Shown here: piece after piece, positions 18,740 through 27,724 of the stretch
How positions within the stretch are numbered: position 1 is the first letter of the stretch
Layout: each line of letters starts with the position of its first letter
Source: Alphaproteobacteria bacterium
GTDB lineage: Bacteria > Pseudomonadota > Alphaproteobacteria > MPNO01
Length of the DNA: 64,000 bases
NCBI GenBank assembly: GCA_965231875.1
Contig: CBDDOM010000002.1
Span: 2,627,942 to 2,691,941, forward strand
Direction: 5' to 3'
Notes under the pieces: model-generated
The model's input: the letters and a program-made list of their open reading frames with translations, nothing else
What the model was told of the DNA's origin: nothing
The model's database searches: none
Program-made: the position numbers and the translations under genes

Positions 18740-18897
18740 GACGTGCGGTGCGACCGTCCCAATGCGCCGTATGGGCGACGCCTGGGGCGTCACCAGGGCC
18801 GCCCTCTTCCTCGCCAGCGACGATGCCGCCCACATCTCCGGACAGTGCCTCGTCGTCGACGGCGGGTTCACGGCGACCAGCCCCGGGGGCGTGAGGC
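18740..18897 (+). pseudogene. Orphan 3'-terminal fragment of an SDR gene, duplicate of the 17199..18041 C-terminus
   Basis: About 155 nt at 85-88% identity to 17895-18045. It encodes [47 protein letters not shown] against [47 protein letters not shown]. A 1-nt insertion removes the stop. No N-terminal part exists. Confidence 0.7.
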
Positions 18898-19004
18898 CGT
18901 TCCTCAATACGGTCCCTCCCGCAAGCGGGAGGGGGGAAAGTAGGGAGGAGTGGACAAGCCTCCCTTTCCCCCGTGGGGAGAGGGTCGGGGTGAGGGGCCG
19001 TCCC

Positions 19005-19778
19005 CTACGCCAGCACCGTCCCCCCGTCGACCGATATCGTCTGGCCCGTCACGAAGGCGCTGGCATCCGACAGCAACCACATTGCGGTGCCGATCACGTC
19101 GTCCGGGGTCATGCTGCGGCGGATGATCTGGCCGTTCTTGATCACGTCGAGCGCGTTGTCGAGCTTGGCGGCGAAGAATTCGCGCGTGCCCTCGGTGATC
19201 ACCGCGCTCGGCGCCATCGCGTTGACCCGGATGTTGTCGCGGCCGATCTCGCGGGCGAGGCCCCGGGTGAGCCCGACCACCGCCGCCTTCGACGTGGTGT
19301 AGTGGAGCGCGTAGGGCATGCCGAAGCGCGCGGCGAGCGAGGCGATGTTGATCACCGACCCGCCGTCGCTCTCGCGCATCACCGGCACCACGGCCTTGCA
19401 GCAGTTCCAAATCCCCTTGACGTTGACCTCCATCGCGTCGTCCCACTCGCCGGGATCGATCGCCTCGAACCGCCCGCCGGTGAGCGCGCCGTAGAGCGCG
19501 GCGTTGTTGATCAGCCCGTCGATCCCGCCGAACGCTTCCTTCGCGGCGGCGGCCATCGCCGCGGTCGAGGCCTCGTCGCGCACGTCGAGCGGGACGCCGA
19601 TGCATTCGCCGCCCGCTTCCTCCACCGCCGCTACGGTCTCGTCGGTCGGGATCACGTCGGCCGCCACGATGCGCGCCCCGAGTTCCGCCGCGGCGAGCGC
19701 ATAGGCCTGGCCGAGCCCCCGCCCGCCGCCGGTGATCACCACAGTCTTTCCGTCCAGGGCAAACGCCTCGCCCGCCAT
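19005..19778 (-). CDS. SDR-family oxidoreductase
   Basis: KTVVITGGGRGLG Rossmann motif and NAA / YxxxK pattern. Start at MAGEA, with AAGGAG upstream on the minus strand. Confidence 0.75.
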   Translation of the reverse strand: MAGEAFALDGKTVVITGGGRGLGQAYALAAAELGARIVAADVIPTDETVAAVEEAGGECIGVPLDVRDEASTAAMAAAAKEAFGGIDGLINNAALYGALTGGRFEAIDPGEWDDAMEVNVKGIWNCCKAVVPVMRESDGGSVINIASLAARFGMPYALHYTTSKAAVVGLTRGLAREIGRDNIRVNAMAPSAVITEGTREFFAAKLDNALDVIKNGQIIRRSMTPDDVIGTAMWLLSDASAFVTGQTISVDGGTVLA

Positions 19779-19806
19779 CGTCATACTCCTTCGCTTGAGG
19801 TTGTCG

Positions 19807-20859
19807 TCAGTTCTTGAGCGGCGCGACGCCGGTCTGTTCGGCGATCCCGTCCAACTTCGCGCGCAGCGCATCCGGGATCGGTATGCCGTTCTCCTCGCGA
19901 TCCGCCAGGCGCGCCGCGCGGCCGTCTCCGGGCACCCGGACCGCGTCGAACCCCGGCATGACCTCGGAGCCGCGCATCTGGCCGGCCACCCGGTCGACCG
20001 CTTTCCCGATCGCCGCCGCGTCGCCGAACGCCGCGGGGTCGAGGGCGCAGATGAACTGCCCGGTATTGGCGGCGCGGTCGACATCGGCCGCATAGTCGAT
20101 CAGGTCCTCGCCCATCGCCGCGCCGTTGAGCGTGCCCGCGAGCAGCCCGATGACGAGGCCGAGCCCGTAGCCCTTGTAGCCGCCCATCGGCAACAGCAGT
20201 CCTTCCGAGGCGCGCGCCGGATCGGTGAGCGGGGTGCCGTCGCGCGCGACCATCCAGCCCTCGGGCATGGCTTCGCCGCGCTGCGCGACGGTCCTGATCT
20301 TGCCCATCGATGCGACGGTGGTCGCGAAATCCATCACCACCGGGGCGCCGTCCCCGGCCGGGATCGCGACCGCCAGCGGATTGGTGCTGAGCAGCAGGTC
20401 GGTCCCGCCCCAGGGCGGCATCTGGTTGCCGCCGCCGACCGCGCCGTAGATGCCGATCAGGCCGTGCGCGAGCGGCATCGCGGCGTAGACCGAGGCCGCG
20501 CCGGCATGGTTGCCGTTTCGCGTGCCGGCCCAGCCGATGCCGGTCCCGGACGCCTTGCCGATCGCGGCCCGGACGGCGTATTCGACCGCGAGGTGACCCA
20601 TCCCGTTGTCGCCGTCGACGACCGCGACCGAAGCCGTTTCCCGCAAAATTGCGATGTTGGGGGTCTTGTTGATGCCGCCGCTCCGGATGCGCTTCAGGTA
20701 ATCCGCCAGGCGGAAGATCCCGTGCGCATCGAAGCCGGTGCGGTCGGCGGCGACCATCAGCCGCGCCACGTCGGCCGCGTCGCCCCCGGGCAGGCCCTCC
20801 GCCGTCATCACCCCGGCGATGAAGCGTTCGAGCTCGCCGGCCGGGAAGCGCTCGTTCAT
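19807..20859 (-). CDS. Ldh_2-family oxidoreductase (malate/L-lactate dehydrogenase family 2; imino-acid reductase type)
   Basis: 350 aa. The overall pattern (GHLAVEYAVRAAI...GTNPLAVAIP...LPMGGYKGYGL) matches this family. GGAGG RBS. Start overlaps the DMT gene stop as ATGA. Confidence 0.7.
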   Translation of the reverse strand: MNERFPAGELERFIAGVMTAEGLPGGDAADVARLMVAADRTGFDAHGIFRLADYLKRIRSGGINKTPNIAILRETASVAVVDGDNGMGHLAVEYAVRAAIGKASGTGIGWAGTRNGNHAGAASVYAAMPLAHGLIGIYGAVGGGNQMPPWGGTDLLLSTNPLAVAIPAGDGAPVVMDFATTVASMGKIRTVAQRGEAMPEGWMVARDGTPLTDPARASEGLLLPMGGYKGYGLGLVIGLLAGTLNGAAMGEDLIDYAADVDRAANTGQFICALDPAAFGDAAAIGKAVDRVAGQMRGSEVMPGFDAVRVPGDGRAARLADREENGIPIPDALRAKLDGIAEQTGVAPLKN

Positions 20860-21749
20860 CTCGTCCTCCGTGTCTCGCGGTGCCACACATAGAGCCCGCT
20901 GCCGGTGACGATCAAGGCGCCGAGGATGCTGAATTCGTCCGGGAAGTCGCCGAACACCAGGAATCCCAGCGTGGTCGCCCAGATCAGCTGGCTGTAGATG
21001 AAGGGCGAGAGCACCGAGGCGGGCGCGCGCTCCAGCCCCTTGATCAGGAGGTAGTGCCCGAGCCCGAACAGGCACCCGGTCGCCGCCATCATGGCCCAGC
21101 CCAGCGCGTCGGGCGTCGTCCAGTCGAACGGGACGATGACAGACATCACCACGGTGCCGACGGCGGCCGACCAGAACAGGCTGGTCCGCGCGTGGTCGGT
21201 GCGCCCGGCCATCCGGGTCAGCACCTGGTAGAGCGCGTAGCAGACCGCCGTCCCGAGCGGCAGGATCGCCGCCCAGTGCATCACCCCGAGCCCCGGCCGG
21301 ATGATTACCATCACGCCCGCGAAGCCGACCAGGATCGCGATCCAGCGGCGGATTCCCACCTGTTCCTTGAGCATCGGGATCGAGAACGCGGTCACCAGCA
21401 ACGGCGCGAAGAAGTTGATCGCCACCGCGTCGGCCAAAGCGAGGTAACGAAGCGCGCCGAAGAAAAGAAGCGTGCCGAGCAGCAGGATCGCCGAGCGGGA
21501 GAATTGCAGCCAGGGGCGCGTCGTCCGCATCTGCGCGACGATGCCCGAACGCGCGAAGATCGCGAGGAACACGATGGCGTGGAAGACGTACCGTCCCCAG
21601 ACGATCTGCACCGTGTCGTAGTGCCGCGTCAGCAGCTTGACCACGCTCTCGCCGCAGCCGAACAGCGCGGTCCCGCACAGCATCAGGACGATGCCGACCC
21701 GGATGTCCCGCGCCGTGACGCCGCGCGACGGGGCGGTCGGCTCACTCAC
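20856..21749 (-). CDS. DMT-superfamily (EamA-like) transporter
   Basis: 297 aa and polytopic, with duplicated EamA-like halves. Confidence 0.7.
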   Translation of the reverse strand: MSEPTAPSRGVTARDIRVGIVLMLCGTALFGCGESVVKLLTRHYDTVQIVWGRYVFHAIVFLAIFARSGIVAQMRTTRPWLQFSRSAILLLGTLLFFGALRYLALADAVAINFFAPLLVTAFSIPMLKEQVGIRRWIAILVGFAGVMVIIRPGLGVMHWAAILPLGTAVCYALYQVLTRMAGRTDHARTSLFWSAAVGTVVMSVIVPFDWTTPDALGWAMMAATGCLFGLGHYLLIKGLERAPASVLSPFIYSQLIWATTLGFLVFGDFPDEFSILGALIVTGSGLYVWHRETRRTR

Positions 21750-22587
21750 CCCGATCTTGTCCGGGCCATCGAGCCTCTTGTCCCAGCCCCGACCACGCGG
21801 CCGGCGCCGATGCCGCCTCGGCCGCTTCTTCCGGCGCCAATGAGGGATCCCAGCGGACGCCGAGGAAGCGCCGCCCGGTCACCCCGTCCGACCCCCGGTC
21901 GAGCAGCCACCGGATGGGCGCCGCCATCGCCGAGGGCTGGATCATCGCCGCGCGGTCAGGCGAGGAGTCCGGCGGCACCATCGCGGTGTTGGCGGGCCCG
22001 CCGGGGATCAGAACGTTCACCGTGACTCCGGTGCCCTCGAGATCGCCGGCCCAGATCGCCGTGCTCGCTTCCAGCGCCGCCTTGGACGGCCCGTAGGGGG
22101 TCCATCCCGGCCGGGTCATGGTGTCGAGGCTGGTGGTCACGTTGACGATCCGCCCCCAGCCGGCTTCCCTCAGTTGCGGCAGGACCGCCTTGGCGAGCAT
22201 GAAAGGCGCCATCGCGTTGGTCTCCACGATGGTCCGCCAGCGCTCGTCGGTGACCTCCCAGAATTTCACCCGGTCGACGTAGTAGTTGGCACGGATGCTC
22301 GACTGGCCGATGCCGGCGTTGTTGACCAGCGCATGCACCGCGCCGAACTCGGCGACGGCGCGCTCCACGATGCCGGAGCAGGATCCGGCATCGCGGATGT
22401 CGGCCGCATGCGATGCGCTCCGGCCCCTCGGCAGCCTTTCCACGAGGGCGGAGAGCGCATCCTCGTTGACATCGACGGCGAGCACGCGCCCCCCGCCTTC
22501 GACGAGCGCTTCGGTCATCGCGGCGCCGAGGCCGCCGGCCGCGCCGGTCACGATCGCCACGACCTGGGAGAGATTTTCCGGTTTCAT
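21742..22587 (-). CDS. SDR-family oxidoreductase
   Basis: VAIVTGAAGGLG and NNAGIG motifs. Start at MKPENLS. Confidence 0.7.
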   Translation of the reverse strand: MKPENLSQVVAIVTGAAGGLGAAMTEALVEGGGRVLAVDVNEDALSALVERLPRGRSASHAADIRDAGSCSGIVERAVAEFGAVHALVNNAGIGQSSIRANYYVDRVKFWEVTDERWRTIVETNAMAPFMLAKAVLPQLREAGWGRIVNVTTSLDTMTRPGWTPYGPSKAALEASTAIWAGDLEGTGVTVNVLIPGGPANTAMVPPDSSPDRAAMIQPSAMAAPIRWLLDRGSDGVTGRRFLGVRWDPSLAPEEAAEAASAPAAWSGLGQEARWPGQDRGE

Positions 22588-22737
22588 GGTCCTGCTTTCT
22601 GGCCGCCGGGACGGCGGATGGGGCCGCGGGAAACTAGCCGCGCGCACGCCCACGGTCGAGACCTACGGGCGGCCGCGTCTGGACAGGCGGCGCGCCGTAG
22701 ACGATCATCTTCCGGAGGCATGACGGGAGAGGGCGAA

Positions 22738-23454
22738 ATGGCGCTGACTGCGGAAAAGGTGCTGGAACAGATCGACCGGATCCACAAGGCGAAGCCGATC
22801 TACGGCCATCCCCTCTGGGCGGGGATGCTGGACGACAGCCACTCGCTCGAGCAGATCCGCTATTTCTGCAAGCAGCACGGCATCCTGCCGCTCAACAACC
22901 ACAACTATCACGGCCGGCTCTACGTCATCTGCCCGGACCCCGCGTGGCGCGAGGAGATCGCCGAGGTGACCTACGAGGAGGCGACCGGCCGACTCCATGC
23001 GGACGGCGTCTCGCACCACAAGCTCTATCTCAACTACGCCGCCGCGATCGGCCTCTCCAGGGAGGAGATGTACGCGACCAAGTACTGCGCCGGCACGACT
23101 GCCTTCTTCGCCTATTTCTCCTATATCTGCGGCAAGACCTTCCTGGAGGGGGTGGCGTCGCACATGCTGGGCGGCGAGGCGCCGATCCCCGGCACCTACG
23201 GGCGGATCGCCGAACGCCTCAAAGCGCGGTTCGGGCTCGACGACAAGGGTGTCGCCTACTGGCATGTCCACGACACCGCCGACGAGGAGCATTCCGGCGT
23301 CGGCAAGAAGCTGCTCGACCAGTTCGCGACTACCCAGGCGGATCTGGAGCTGGTGATCGACACCGTGCAGACGACGGTCGACGTGATGCATCTGATGTAC
23401 GACGACATCTGGGCGCATATGCAGCGGATCGAGTCGGCAGAGGCGGCGGAATAG
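22738..23454 (+). CDS. PqqC/TenA-like (heme-oxygenase-fold) protein, paralog 1
   Basis: HPLWAGMLDDSHSLEQIRYFCKQHGILPLNNHNYHGRLY resembles the PqqC 'HPF..G.L....W..NRYY' region. GGGAGAGGG RBS before the Met at 22738. Confidence 0.55.
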   Translation: MALTAEKVLEQIDRIHKAKPIYGHPLWAGMLDDSHSLEQIRYFCKQHGILPLNNHNYHGRLYVICPDPAWREEIAEVTYEEATGRLHADGVSHHKLYLNYAAAIGLSREEMYATKYCAGTTAFFAYFSYICGKTFLEGVASHMLGGEAPIPGTYGRIAERLKARFGLDDKGVAYWHVHDTADEEHSGVGKKLLDQFATTQADLELVIDTVQTTVDVMHLMYDDIWAHMQRIESAEAAE

Positions 23455-23465
23455 GAGCGGAAGCG

Positions 23466-23855
23466 ATGGAGCGCGAACACCACAAGGGAACCTGGCAGGA
23501 GAACCGCTCGTTCTCCCCGGTCGTGACCACAACGGGCGGGCGCATGGTCTGGGCCGCCGGCCACGGCGCGCCGGCGGATGCGGACGGCAACTCGCTCGCC
23601 GGCGATTTCGCCGCCCAGACCCGCGAATCCTTCCGCCTGCTCGCGGCGACGCTCGAACGCGCCGGTGCGCGACTGGACGACATGGTGACGATGACCGTGT
23701 TCGTGATCGACTCGCGCTACGGCACCGAATTCACCGAGATCCGCAAGGAATTCTTCACCGACGGCTACCCGGCGAGCGCGCTGATCACCTGCGCCGGTTT
23801 CGCCCAGCCCGAGATGATGGTGGAGATCCAGGGCATCGCCGTGGTGGACGACTGA
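23466..23855 (+). CDS. RidA/YjgF-family enamine/imine deaminase
   Basis: 129 aa. The C-terminal PASALITCAGFAQPEMMVEIQGIAV is typical of RidA. AGGAGCGG RBS. Confidence 0.75.
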   Translation: MEREHHKGTWQENRSFSPVVTTTGGRMVWAAGHGAPADADGNSLAGDFAAQTRESFRLLAATLERAGARLDDMVTMTVFVIDSRYGTEFTEIRKEFFTDGYPASALITCAGFAQPEMMVEIQGIAVVDD

Positions 23856-23867
23856 GGAGGTCGAGAG

Positions 23868-24560
23868 ATGGCAGACAAAACCCCGTTCCGCAAGGAGCTG
23901 GAGGCCGCCGTGCTGGAGCGCCACTGCGCCAACCACCCGATGACCGAGAAATGGGCGAAGGGCGAGCTCGGGCGCCGCGCCTGTATGGGCTGGGCGGTCG
24001 AGCACTGGCACTGGATCTCCAACATGGTCCAGGAGGTCTCGTTCAACATCTGCGCCAAGGCGCCGCCCGACGTGGTCGAGCTGGAGCTCGAGAACTTCCA
24101 CGAGGAGACCGACCCCGAGCATTCGCATCTCGACATCGTGCTCCGCTTTGCCGAGGCGAACGGGGCCGACCTCGCCGCGGTCAGGACGGGGCGCGGCCTG
24201 CCGACGACGCGGTCATGGGTCGCCTGGCTCAAATGGGTCGCCAAGGAGCAGCCCTGGCACTGCGCCGTCTCGGCGATCCGCATCGGCACCGAGTCGCAGT
24301 CGCCGATGCTCTATTCCAAGGTCCTGCCGGCCTTGCGCGAGAACTACAAATATCCCGAGCCGGCGATCGAGCATTTCTGGCTCCACGCCGAGGTCGATAT
24401 CGAGCACGGCGACCGCGGCTTCGCGGCGCTGGAGCGCCACTGCACGACGCGCGAGATGAAGGACGAGGCGATCCACTGGGCGCGCGAGAGCGCGGCGATG
24501 CGCTGGTTCTATTTCGACGGAATCTTCCTGCACTACGAGAACGACTACGCGCTGGCTTGA
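23868..24560 (+). CDS. PqqC/TenA-like (heme-oxygenase-fold) protein, paralog 2
   Basis: HPMTEKWAKGELGRRACMGWAVEHWHWI in a PqqC-like pattern. ENFHEETDPEHSH holds an ExxH-like motif that paralog 1 lacks (it has EVTYEE there). GAGGAGG RBS. Confidence 0.55.
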   Translation: MADKTPFRKELEAAVLERHCANHPMTEKWAKGELGRRACMGWAVEHWHWISNMVQEVSFNICAKAPPDVVELELENFHEETDPEHSHLDIVLRFAEANGADLAAVRTGRGLPTTRSWVAWLKWVAKEQPWHCAVSAIRIGTESQSPMLYSKVLPALRENYKYPEPAIEHFWLHAEVDIEHGDRGFAALERHCTTREMKDEAIHWARESAAMRWFYFDGIFLHYENDYALA

Positions 24561-24561
24561 G

Positions 24562-24652
24562 CCCTTCGATACGCGGCTTCGCCGCTACTCAGGATGAGGG
24601 TCTTCCGTTGTTTCCTCATCCCGAGTAGGCGCGACAGCGCCGTATCGAGGGA
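24562..24652. repeat. Family-B long imperfect palindrome, copy 1
   Basis: cccttcgatacgcggcttcgccgctactcaggatgaggg...cctcatcccgagtaggcgcgacagcgccgtatcgaggga. The arms are near-perfect reverse complements. It fills the gap between two convergent stop codons (24560 and 24663). Confidence 0.75.
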
Positions 24653-24662
24653 TGTGCGCGCC

Positions 24663-25976
24663 CTACAGCAGCGCCAGGCTGAGCACCGGGTAGGCGATGA
24701 TCAGGATCAGCACCAGCAGCATGATGAAGGCGAAGGGGAAGGCGCCGGTGAAGATGTGCGCGAGCGTGATCGACCGGTCCTGAATCGTGCTCTTGATGGT
24801 GAAGCAGGAGATGCCGAGCGGCGGGGTGAGCAGCCCGATCTCCGCGCCGATCACGGTGACGATGCCGAACCAGACGATGTTGCCGCCGAGCGCCTCGACC
24901 GAGCTCAGGAACAGCGGCACCACGATGAGGATGATGGAGGCGGTTTCGATGATGGTCCCGAGCAGCACCATCAGGATGACGTAAATCACCATCAGCCCGA
25001 CCATGTCGAAATTCATGCTGGCGAGCCAGTCGCTGAACTGGGTCGGCAGCGCGGCGACGCCGAGCATCCGGCTGTACATCGAGGCGGCGATGATCAGGAA
25101 CAGGATGGCGGCGGTGATCTGGCCGGTCTCGACCAGCACCCGCCAGAAGCCGCGCCAGGTCAGCCGCCGCTTCAAGACGCCGATGGCGAGCGCCCCGGCC
25201 GAGCCCGCCGCGCCCGCCTCCTCGGGCGAGAACCAGCCGGTGTAGATCCCGCCCAGCACGAGCACGACCAGGAACGCGACCGGGAGCAGCAGCCAGAACG
25301 TCTCCCAGAGGCCGATCGTCTCGCCCTCCTCGACGACCGCCGTGAGCTCCTTCTCGCTGATGAATTTCGGCATGACGCGGGCCATCAGGACGATGCCGAG
25401 GATGAAGGCGGTGGCGAGGATGATGCCCGGTATGAACCCGGCGATGAACATGTGGCCGACCGACACTTCGGCGACGATGGCGTAGATGATCAGCATCGAG
25501 GACGGCGGAATCAGCATGCCGAGCACGGACGAGCCCGCGACCACGCCGACCGAGAACTGCCGCGTGTAGCCGAAGCGGCGCATCTCCGGCACCGCGATGC
25601 GGGTGAACACCGAGGCCGAGGCGATCGACGAGCCGGTGATCGAGGCGAACAGCGCATTCGCCGCCACCGTCGCCATGCCGAGCCCGCCGCGCACCCGGCG
25701 GAACATCTGGTCGGCGACCTTGTAGACGTCGGCGCCGAGCCCGATCTCGCTGGCGACGATCCCCATCAGCGCGAAGAGCGGGATATTGGCGAACACGGCG
25801 TGCGCGATGGTGTCGTGGGTGGCCGCGGCCAGCAGGCTGATCGCGATGTCGATCGAGTCGCGGTAGATCCAGACCCCGATGAAGGAGACCAGGCCGAGCG
25901 CCACGGCGACGTGGATGCCGGCATAGATCAGGACGAGGATGGCGACGACCGACGCGATCCCGACTTCGACGCCCAC
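24663..25976 (-). CDS. dctM: TRAP transporter large permease subunit
   Basis: 437 aa and polytopic, in the DctM family pattern. Co-operonic with the Q and P subunits. Confidence 0.8.
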   Translation of the reverse strand: MGVEVGIASVVAILVLIYAGIHVAVALGLVSFIGVWIYRDSIDIAISLLAAATHDTIAHAVFANIPLFALMGIVASEIGLGADVYKVADQMFRRVRGGLGMATVAANALFASITGSSIASASVFTRIAVPEMRRFGYTRQFSVGVVAGSSVLGMLIPPSSMLIIYAIVAEVSVGHMFIAGFIPGIILATAFILGIVLMARVMPKFISEKELTAVVEEGETIGLWETFWLLLPVAFLVVLVLGGIYTGWFSPEEAGAAGSAGALAIGVLKRRLTWRGFWRVLVETGQITAAILFLIIAASMYSRMLGVAALPTQFSDWLASMNFDMVGLMVIYVILMVLLGTIIETASIILIVVPLFLSSVEALGGNIVWFGIVTVIGAEIGLLTPPLGISCFTIKSTIQDRSITLAHIFTGAFPFAFIMLLVLILIIAYPVLSLALL

Positions 25977-25982
25977 CGCGGC

Positions 25983-26537
25983 TCAGCCCTCCGCCGGGCC
26001 GGTCATGGAACGCCAGTGGTCGGCAAGCATGATCGCGAACTGCACCATGGTGACCACCACCGCGATGACGATGATCAGCGCGACCGGCCAGACCGGGGCG
26101 GTGAACATGCCCTCGACGCCGACATAGTAGTCGTTCTCCCAGGACTCGATGAAGAAAGGCACGCTGCCCCAGATGATCAGCCCCATGAAGACGGTGCCGA
26201 GGAGGAAGGTGGCCACGGCCATCCCGTGACCGGCCCTGGGGCTGCGCCGCATCACCTGGTTGAACAGCCCGTCCGAGCGGGTCAGCACGCCCTGGCGCAG
26301 CGAATCCGCGAGCTGCATGAAGACGATGCCGATGATCGAGATCTCGATCATCTCGATGACGCCGATGATCGGCGCGTTGAATGCCGAGCGGCTGATCGCC
26401 TCGGCGTTGATCAGCAACATCAGCACCACGATCCAGCACGAGCCGGCGGCGTTCATGCCGCCGACCAGCGAGGTGAAGGCGCGGACCGCCGCGTTCCGGG
26501 GACGGACGTCCCCGGTGCGCGGCGCGCTATCGGTCAA
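25983..26537 (-). CDS. dctQ: TRAP transporter small permease subunit
   Basis: 184-aa four-TM protein between dctP and dctM. Confidence 0.65.
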   Translation of the reverse strand: MTDSAPRTGDVRPRNAAVRAFTSLVGGMNAAGSCWIVVLMLLINAEAISRSAFNAPIIGVIEMIEISIIGIVFMQLADSLRQGVLTRSDGLFNQVMRRSPRAGHGMAVATFLLGTVFMGLIIWGSVPFFIESWENDYYVGVEGMFTAPVWPVALIIVIAVVVTMVQFAIMLADHWRSMTGPAEG

Positions 26538-26540
26538 ACG

Positions 26541-27620
26541 CTACTCCTTGTCCCAGTGCCGGATGATGGGCTGTTTGGCGGCCCGCATCTTGTCCATGTA
26601 GGCGGTCATCAGCTTGGTGCCGGGAAGCCCCTGTTTGTCGAGTTTGCCGGCCCAGTCCTTGGCGATATTGGGCATCGTCTTGGCCCAGTTCTCGCGCGCC
26701 GCCTGCGACATCTGGATGATCTCGCCGCCCTTCGCCTTGTAATTGGCGTAGGCCTTTTCGGCGTCGTCGATCGCCTGCTGCGCAGTATGGTCGCGGTAAT
26801 CGGCGGAGACCGCGTGGATCACGTCGCGCACCGCCGCGGGCAGCCGCTTGTAAGCCTTCACGTTCATCGTCAGCGCCTTGGAATTCGCCGTGCCGATATC
26901 GGCCTTGAGCATGAACTTCGCGCCCTCGACCAGCTTGAAGGCCACCGCCGCGTCGGTCCACAGCATCGAGCCGTCGATCGCCCCGGTCTTGAACTTGTTG
27001 TAGTAGTGGACCATCGAGCCGATCACCGGCGTCGCGCCGGTCCCCGTGAGGTAGCGCATGTTGATCCCGGCGCCGGCGATCTTGAGCCCCTTGAACTGCT
27101 CCAGCTTGGTGATCCGGTCGCGGAAGAACATCTGGTAGGTGTCGATCACCGAGAAGCTCGACAGCAGGACCTGGTTGTATTTCATCCAGGCCTCTTTCAT
27201 CGCCGGAAACTGCTCGGCGAGCTCGTCGACGGTGCGCGACAGCAGCACCGGATCGGCGGTCACGAACGGCGTCACATAGGCGACGGCCTGCATCGGCACC
27301 TTGTCCTGGTGGAACACGCTGGTGACGACGCCGATGTCGCCGAGCCCCTTCTGCATGCCGGTCATGACGTGGCGGACCTTGACGATCTGCCCGGCGAACG
27401 CCTTGTTCCAGTTGATCTTGTATTCGCCCGACTTGGCGAGCCGCTTGTCGACCTCCGGAATCAGGTAGGCGAGGAACGTCCTCACCTGGAGCGCGCGCGG
27501 CGGGTAGCCATCGACCGCGGTGAGCGAGATCGTCTTCTGGGCGTGGGCGGCGGGCGCCGCGAGCAGGATGGTCAGCGCCGCGCCCGCGAGCGCCGCCGTC
27601 CCGGTATTGCCGAAACGCAT
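26541..27620 (-). CDS. dctP: TRAP transporter substrate-binding protein
   Basis: MRFGNTGTAALAGAALTILLAAPAAHA signal peptide on a roughly 330-aa DctP-like domain. GGGAGA RBS. The long Arg-rich N-terminal extension of the ORF was trimmed. Confidence 0.75.
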   Translation of the reverse strand: MRFGNTGTAALAGAALTILLAAPAAHAQKTISLTAVDGYPPRALQVRTFLAYLIPEVDKRLAKSGEYKINWNKAFAGQIVKVRHVMTGMQKGLGDIGVVTSVFHQDKVPMQAVAYVTPFVTADPVLLSRTVDELAEQFPAMKEAWMKYNQVLLSSFSVIDTYQMFFRDRITKLEQFKGLKIAGAGINMRYLTGTGATPVIGSMVHYYNKFKTGAIDGSMLWTDAAVAFKLVEGAKFMLKADIGTANSKALTMNVKAYKRLPAAVRDVIHAVSADYRDHTAQQAIDDAEKAYANYKAKGGEIIQMSQAARENWAKTMPNIAKDWAGKLDKQGLPGTKLMTAYMDKMRAAKQPIIRHWDKE

Positions 27621-27724
27621 GATTCTTCTCCCTGTAGAACGCCGGCAATCCGAAACCCACCGGCCTGGTCGCGAAAGTTTAGCGGACCCCGAACCGCGCG
27701 AACAGGCGCGCGCCTGTTCGGGCG

